NCBI RefSeq assembly: GCF_000002075.1
Contig: NW_004797449.1
Location: 408,025-472,024 of the forward strand
Length of the DNA: 64,000 nt
Origin: Aplysia californica
Taxonomy: Eukaryota
Direction: 5' to 3'
The position numbers were made by a program, and so were the translations under genes. Shown here one piece after another: positions 62,101-64,000 of this stretch. The notes beneath the pieces were generated by a model, which was not told the origin of the DNA, searched no databases, and worked only from the letters and a program-made list of their open reading frames with translations. How positions within the stretch are numbered: the stretch's first letter is position 1; the number at the start of each line of letters is the position of its first letter.

Positions 62101-63833
62101 ACTACCTAACAACAACGACAGGTGATTGAATTATGACGGCTCGCCCACAACGCCAGGGGCCAAGGCACAATTTATCACAAAACGCAATGAAGTCACTAAG
62201 GTGGCCATCTAAGACAGGTGTTATTGTTTAATGTGATAGGGGTTGTGTGTTAAAATATGGTGGCCGCGACCGCATTGGACAGGTGCCCGTTTTACAGTTA
62301 AATTATATAGAAAAAACGCAAGGGGGGAAATGGAAAGTGGCCGTTTGTACAGGTGGCCGTCTTATAGAGGTGGCCGTCAGGGCAGGTTTGAATGTAGTTT
62401 GGAGACTTGGGAGACAATTTTTGTTGTTCGATACGGCACTTGAGAGTGGGAAATTGAAATTGAAATATATGTGAACATAATCAGAAAATCAGACCTGCCA
62501 ACCAAAAAAAAATGGTATAATCTTTACATTTAACTGCAATGGCATGGGTAATCAAGGAGGCTTTTAAAGTGGGTGGTGAAGGAGGTCAGGCGGAGGTGAA
62601 GATGTGGGAGATTGGGGGGAGGGGGTAAGGAGAAGATGGTGNNNNNNNNNNNNNNNNNNNNNNNNNNNNNNNNNNNNNNNNNNNNNNNNNNNNNNNNNNN
62701 NNNNNNNNNNNNNNNNNNNNNNNNNNNNNNNNNNNNNNNNNNNNNNNNNNNNNNNNNNNNNNNNNNNNNNNNNNNNNNNNNNNNNNNNNNNNNNNNNNNN
62801 NNNNNNNNNNNNNNNNNNNNNNNNNNNNNNNNNNNNNNNNNNNNNNNNNNNNNNNNNNNNNNNNNNNNNNNNNNNNNNNNNNNNNNNNNNNNNNNNNNNN
62901 NNNNNNNNNNNNNNNNNNNNNNNNNNNNNNNNNNNNNNNNNNNNNNNNNNNNNNNNNNNNNNNNNNNNNNNNNNNNNNNNNNNNNNCCCCCCAAAAAAAA
63001 AAACAACCCCACAACAAACATGATGAGCAGAACATTCTGACAAAAACAAAACTAGAAAACAATGTACAGGACCTGCCGACAGAATAACACAACATCAAGA
63101 GCTTTTTTTTTTTCTGGAGGGGGCAATAAACCTCTCCATCCCCCCACCCCAAAGTTTTGATTTTGAGAAAAAAAGAAGCACAACCACACAATAATGGTCA
63201 GAAGACACAAGAGAGGGACAGAAAAAACAAAGGGAAAGAAAAGAAGTAGGACCTGCCGGTGGCACCCTCCAACCACACACACAAAAACAAAATGTCATAA
63301 GACTTTGGCTATTTCATTTATACTACATGAACAAGTTTTAGCTTCGATTAGATTTTTATGCCACTTGCAACACAAATAAGTCACATAAGTGCCGAAGATT
63401 AGAGGTGTTACAAGAGAGCGACACACAAAGAAAAGAAGGAGGAGACATAAAGACGATAAGATGTTTGATAGGAAAGAAAGAGCAAACTACCCACAAAAAA
63501 TCTTCTGATGCCATTCCTCGACCTGACTGTAGAAAGAAAGAGTCCTCCAATCACACCTCCCTCTTCCCCCAACCACGTACAAATGCACATGTGCGCACAC
63601 ACAAACACAAGCACGTACACACACATGAGCAAACACACACACACACACACATACACACACTCACACACCACATACCTCGACCAGACAGTAGAGAGAAGAG
63701 TCCTCCTTCTCCAGACCGTACTTGTCCATGGCCTCCCTGACCACAGCAGCGGCTGGGTCGGCCGTGGACAGGAACAGCGTCTTGTACGGGACATCCGGAC
63801 GCAGACTCTCTCCGTAGATCTTTAGGGTGCCAC
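36276..63833 (-). CDS. AFDN: Afadin / AF-6 / canoe ortholog, 5'-partial; 24 visible exons: 63833-63676, 59982-59824, 56791-56688, 56134-55934, 55445-55291, 54884-54796, 54262-54069, 53110-52882, 52273-51969, 51589-51247, 50309-50233, 48937-48830, 48476-48411, 47940-47867, 47226-47108, 46551-46453, 45827-43922, 42254-41846, 41369-41190, 40843-40724, 39895-39774, 39138-39024, 38805-38692, 37280-36276
   Basis: Domain order and motifs are diagnostic: RA2 (GGTLKIYGESLRPDVPYKTL), FHA (PRHGVIAHTEGIVTVTP), ETNFDVDG, DIL (LAFWMANSSE; LLRRCRVNAALTIQLFSQLFHFIN; LEEDPDLHLPFLLPEDGYSC), PDZ (MGLSII; GIYIKSVVEGGAA; DGQLQAGDQLLEVDG), coiled coil, and C-terminal VIGAQEVYRDPR...MSFREKMKYF. All junctions are GT-AG and in phase except one, where an exon is missing. 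Confidence 0.95.
38692..42254 (-). CDS. AFDN: Afadin polyQ and coiled-coil exons (42254-41846, 41369-41190, 40843-40724, 39895-39774, 39138-39024, 38805-38692)
   Basis: SAWDRDAREK..REQEISELE, DQERLRKLKTQQEFQRRV; AG/GT bounded and in phase. Confidence 0.85.
43922..45827 (-). CDS. AFDN: Afadin 1.9-kb exon, Pro/Gly/Gln-rich disordered region with DPR repeats
   Basis: ctcag|AC...AGCAG|gtaggc; stop-free over 1906 bp; contains RSKSTSNL and RPQSAY motifs. Confidence 0.88.
46670..47095. repeat. ~45-bp minisatellite (about 9 copies) in an afadin intron
   Basis: aatatcctagactgggcactgtcatggctgcccatagacttaatt. Confidence 0.88.
47108..48937 (-). CDS. AFDN: Afadin PDZ-domain exons (48937-48830, 48476-48411, 47940-47867, 47226-47108)
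   Basis: KGSMGLSIIEAT|GEGQTEQGIYIKSVVEGGAAAM|DGQLQAGDQLLEVDGKSLIGLSQDK|AAELMTKTGQVVRLKVAKQGA. Confidence 0.93.
47465..47856 (-). repeat. Cluster of ~170-bp retroposon copies in an afadin intron
   Basis: Same consensus, both tail variants present. Confidence 0.85.
50233..55445 (-). CDS. AFDN: Afadin linker and DIL-domain exons (55445-55291, 54884-54796, 54262-54069, 53110-52882, 52273-51969, 51589-51247, 50309-50233)
   Basis: FKLAPTYTLY, LAFWMANSSE, RCRVNAALTIQLFSQ, GLELAADCHL, STCFKLNSMQLRALL; phases consistent. Confidence 0.93.
51635..51985 (-). repeat. 24/35-bp tandem repeat seeded on an afadin splice donor
   Basis: Unit gtgggtttgtgtcatatcatacag on -, degenerating away from the exon. Confidence 0.9.
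54920..55260. repeat. ~52-bp degenerate minisatellite filling an afadin intron
   Basis: aaagtaaggatgatgatacaagcaaaaaaacacatctgtctattgaaaa. Confidence 0.8.
55934..56791 (-). CDS. AFDN: Afadin FHA-domain exons (56791-56688, 56134-55934)
   Basis: LPLNVTEV...HFLQ | LSGPDIRPRHGVIAHTEGIVTVTP...VQFGKDHVYRFLDP. Confidence 0.9.
57864..59502. mobile_element. 1.6-kb non-autonomous DNA element with perfect ~43-bp terminal inverted repeats
   Basis: atatgtgtgtgtgcctggtgaaagggaccacatgtcgcatttt and its exact reverse complement; no credible ORF. Confidence 0.85.
59824..59982 (-). CDS. AFDN: Afadin exon (end of RA2 / linker)
   Basis: GHIIFQLRQR...MLPYLVEVNVR; AG/GT bounded. Confidence 0.88.
61607..62394. 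mobile_element. Tigger-type MITE
   Basis: TA|cagtcaaacctg...caggtttgaatg|TA with repeated aggtggccgt subterminal motifs. Confidence 0.85.
63676..63833 (-). CDS. AFDN: Afadin exon, second Ras-association domain
   Basis: accag|GT...GTCGAG|gtatgt; GGTLKIYGESLRPDVPYKTLFLS...KYGLEKED..LYCLVE. Confidence 0.92.
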
Positions 63834-64000
63834 CTGGTGGAGGGAAAACACAAAACAAAACACAAACATGAGTTTTTCGCCAGTCTGACAACACCATAAT
63901 ATAATGTAACATCAATTACAAAATCTTAAAAATACATGAAATTGTTTCACTCTCTTTTCCCAATGCCCATTTCAAGGTGGAATAGGAAATCAAGGGCTCG

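Overview
Eukaryotic genomic DNA with spliced genes, many N gaps and dense repeats; no prokaryotic features. It is probably from a mollusc/gastropod, inferred from gene and SINE types. Three protein-coding genes can be built by hand with GT-AG junctions and consistent phases. (1) The 3' part of a Methuselah/adhesion-like class B GPCR on + (277-6242). (2) A nearly complete TIGAR-like histidine phosphatase on - (18240-29290). (3) The 3' roughly 85% of afadin/AF-6/canoe on - (36276-63833, 24 visible exons: RA2, FHA, DIL, PDZ, a long disordered region and the actin-binding tail). Mobile DNA includes a degenerate hAT element nested inside a MITE and itself interrupted by a SINE, a Tigger/pogo remnant, several MITEs, tRNA-derived SINEs and RTE LINE fragments. 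There are also dozens of copies of a ~170-bp retroposon with no tRNA head. Two patterns stand out. First, this retroposon shares a covarying 3' hairpin with unrelated elements, is strongly strand-biased, and repeatedly abuts or overlaps splice sites. Second, tandem duplications are seeded exactly on splice junctions, creating arrays of duplicate donors or acceptors. Coordinates and copy counts were read by eye.
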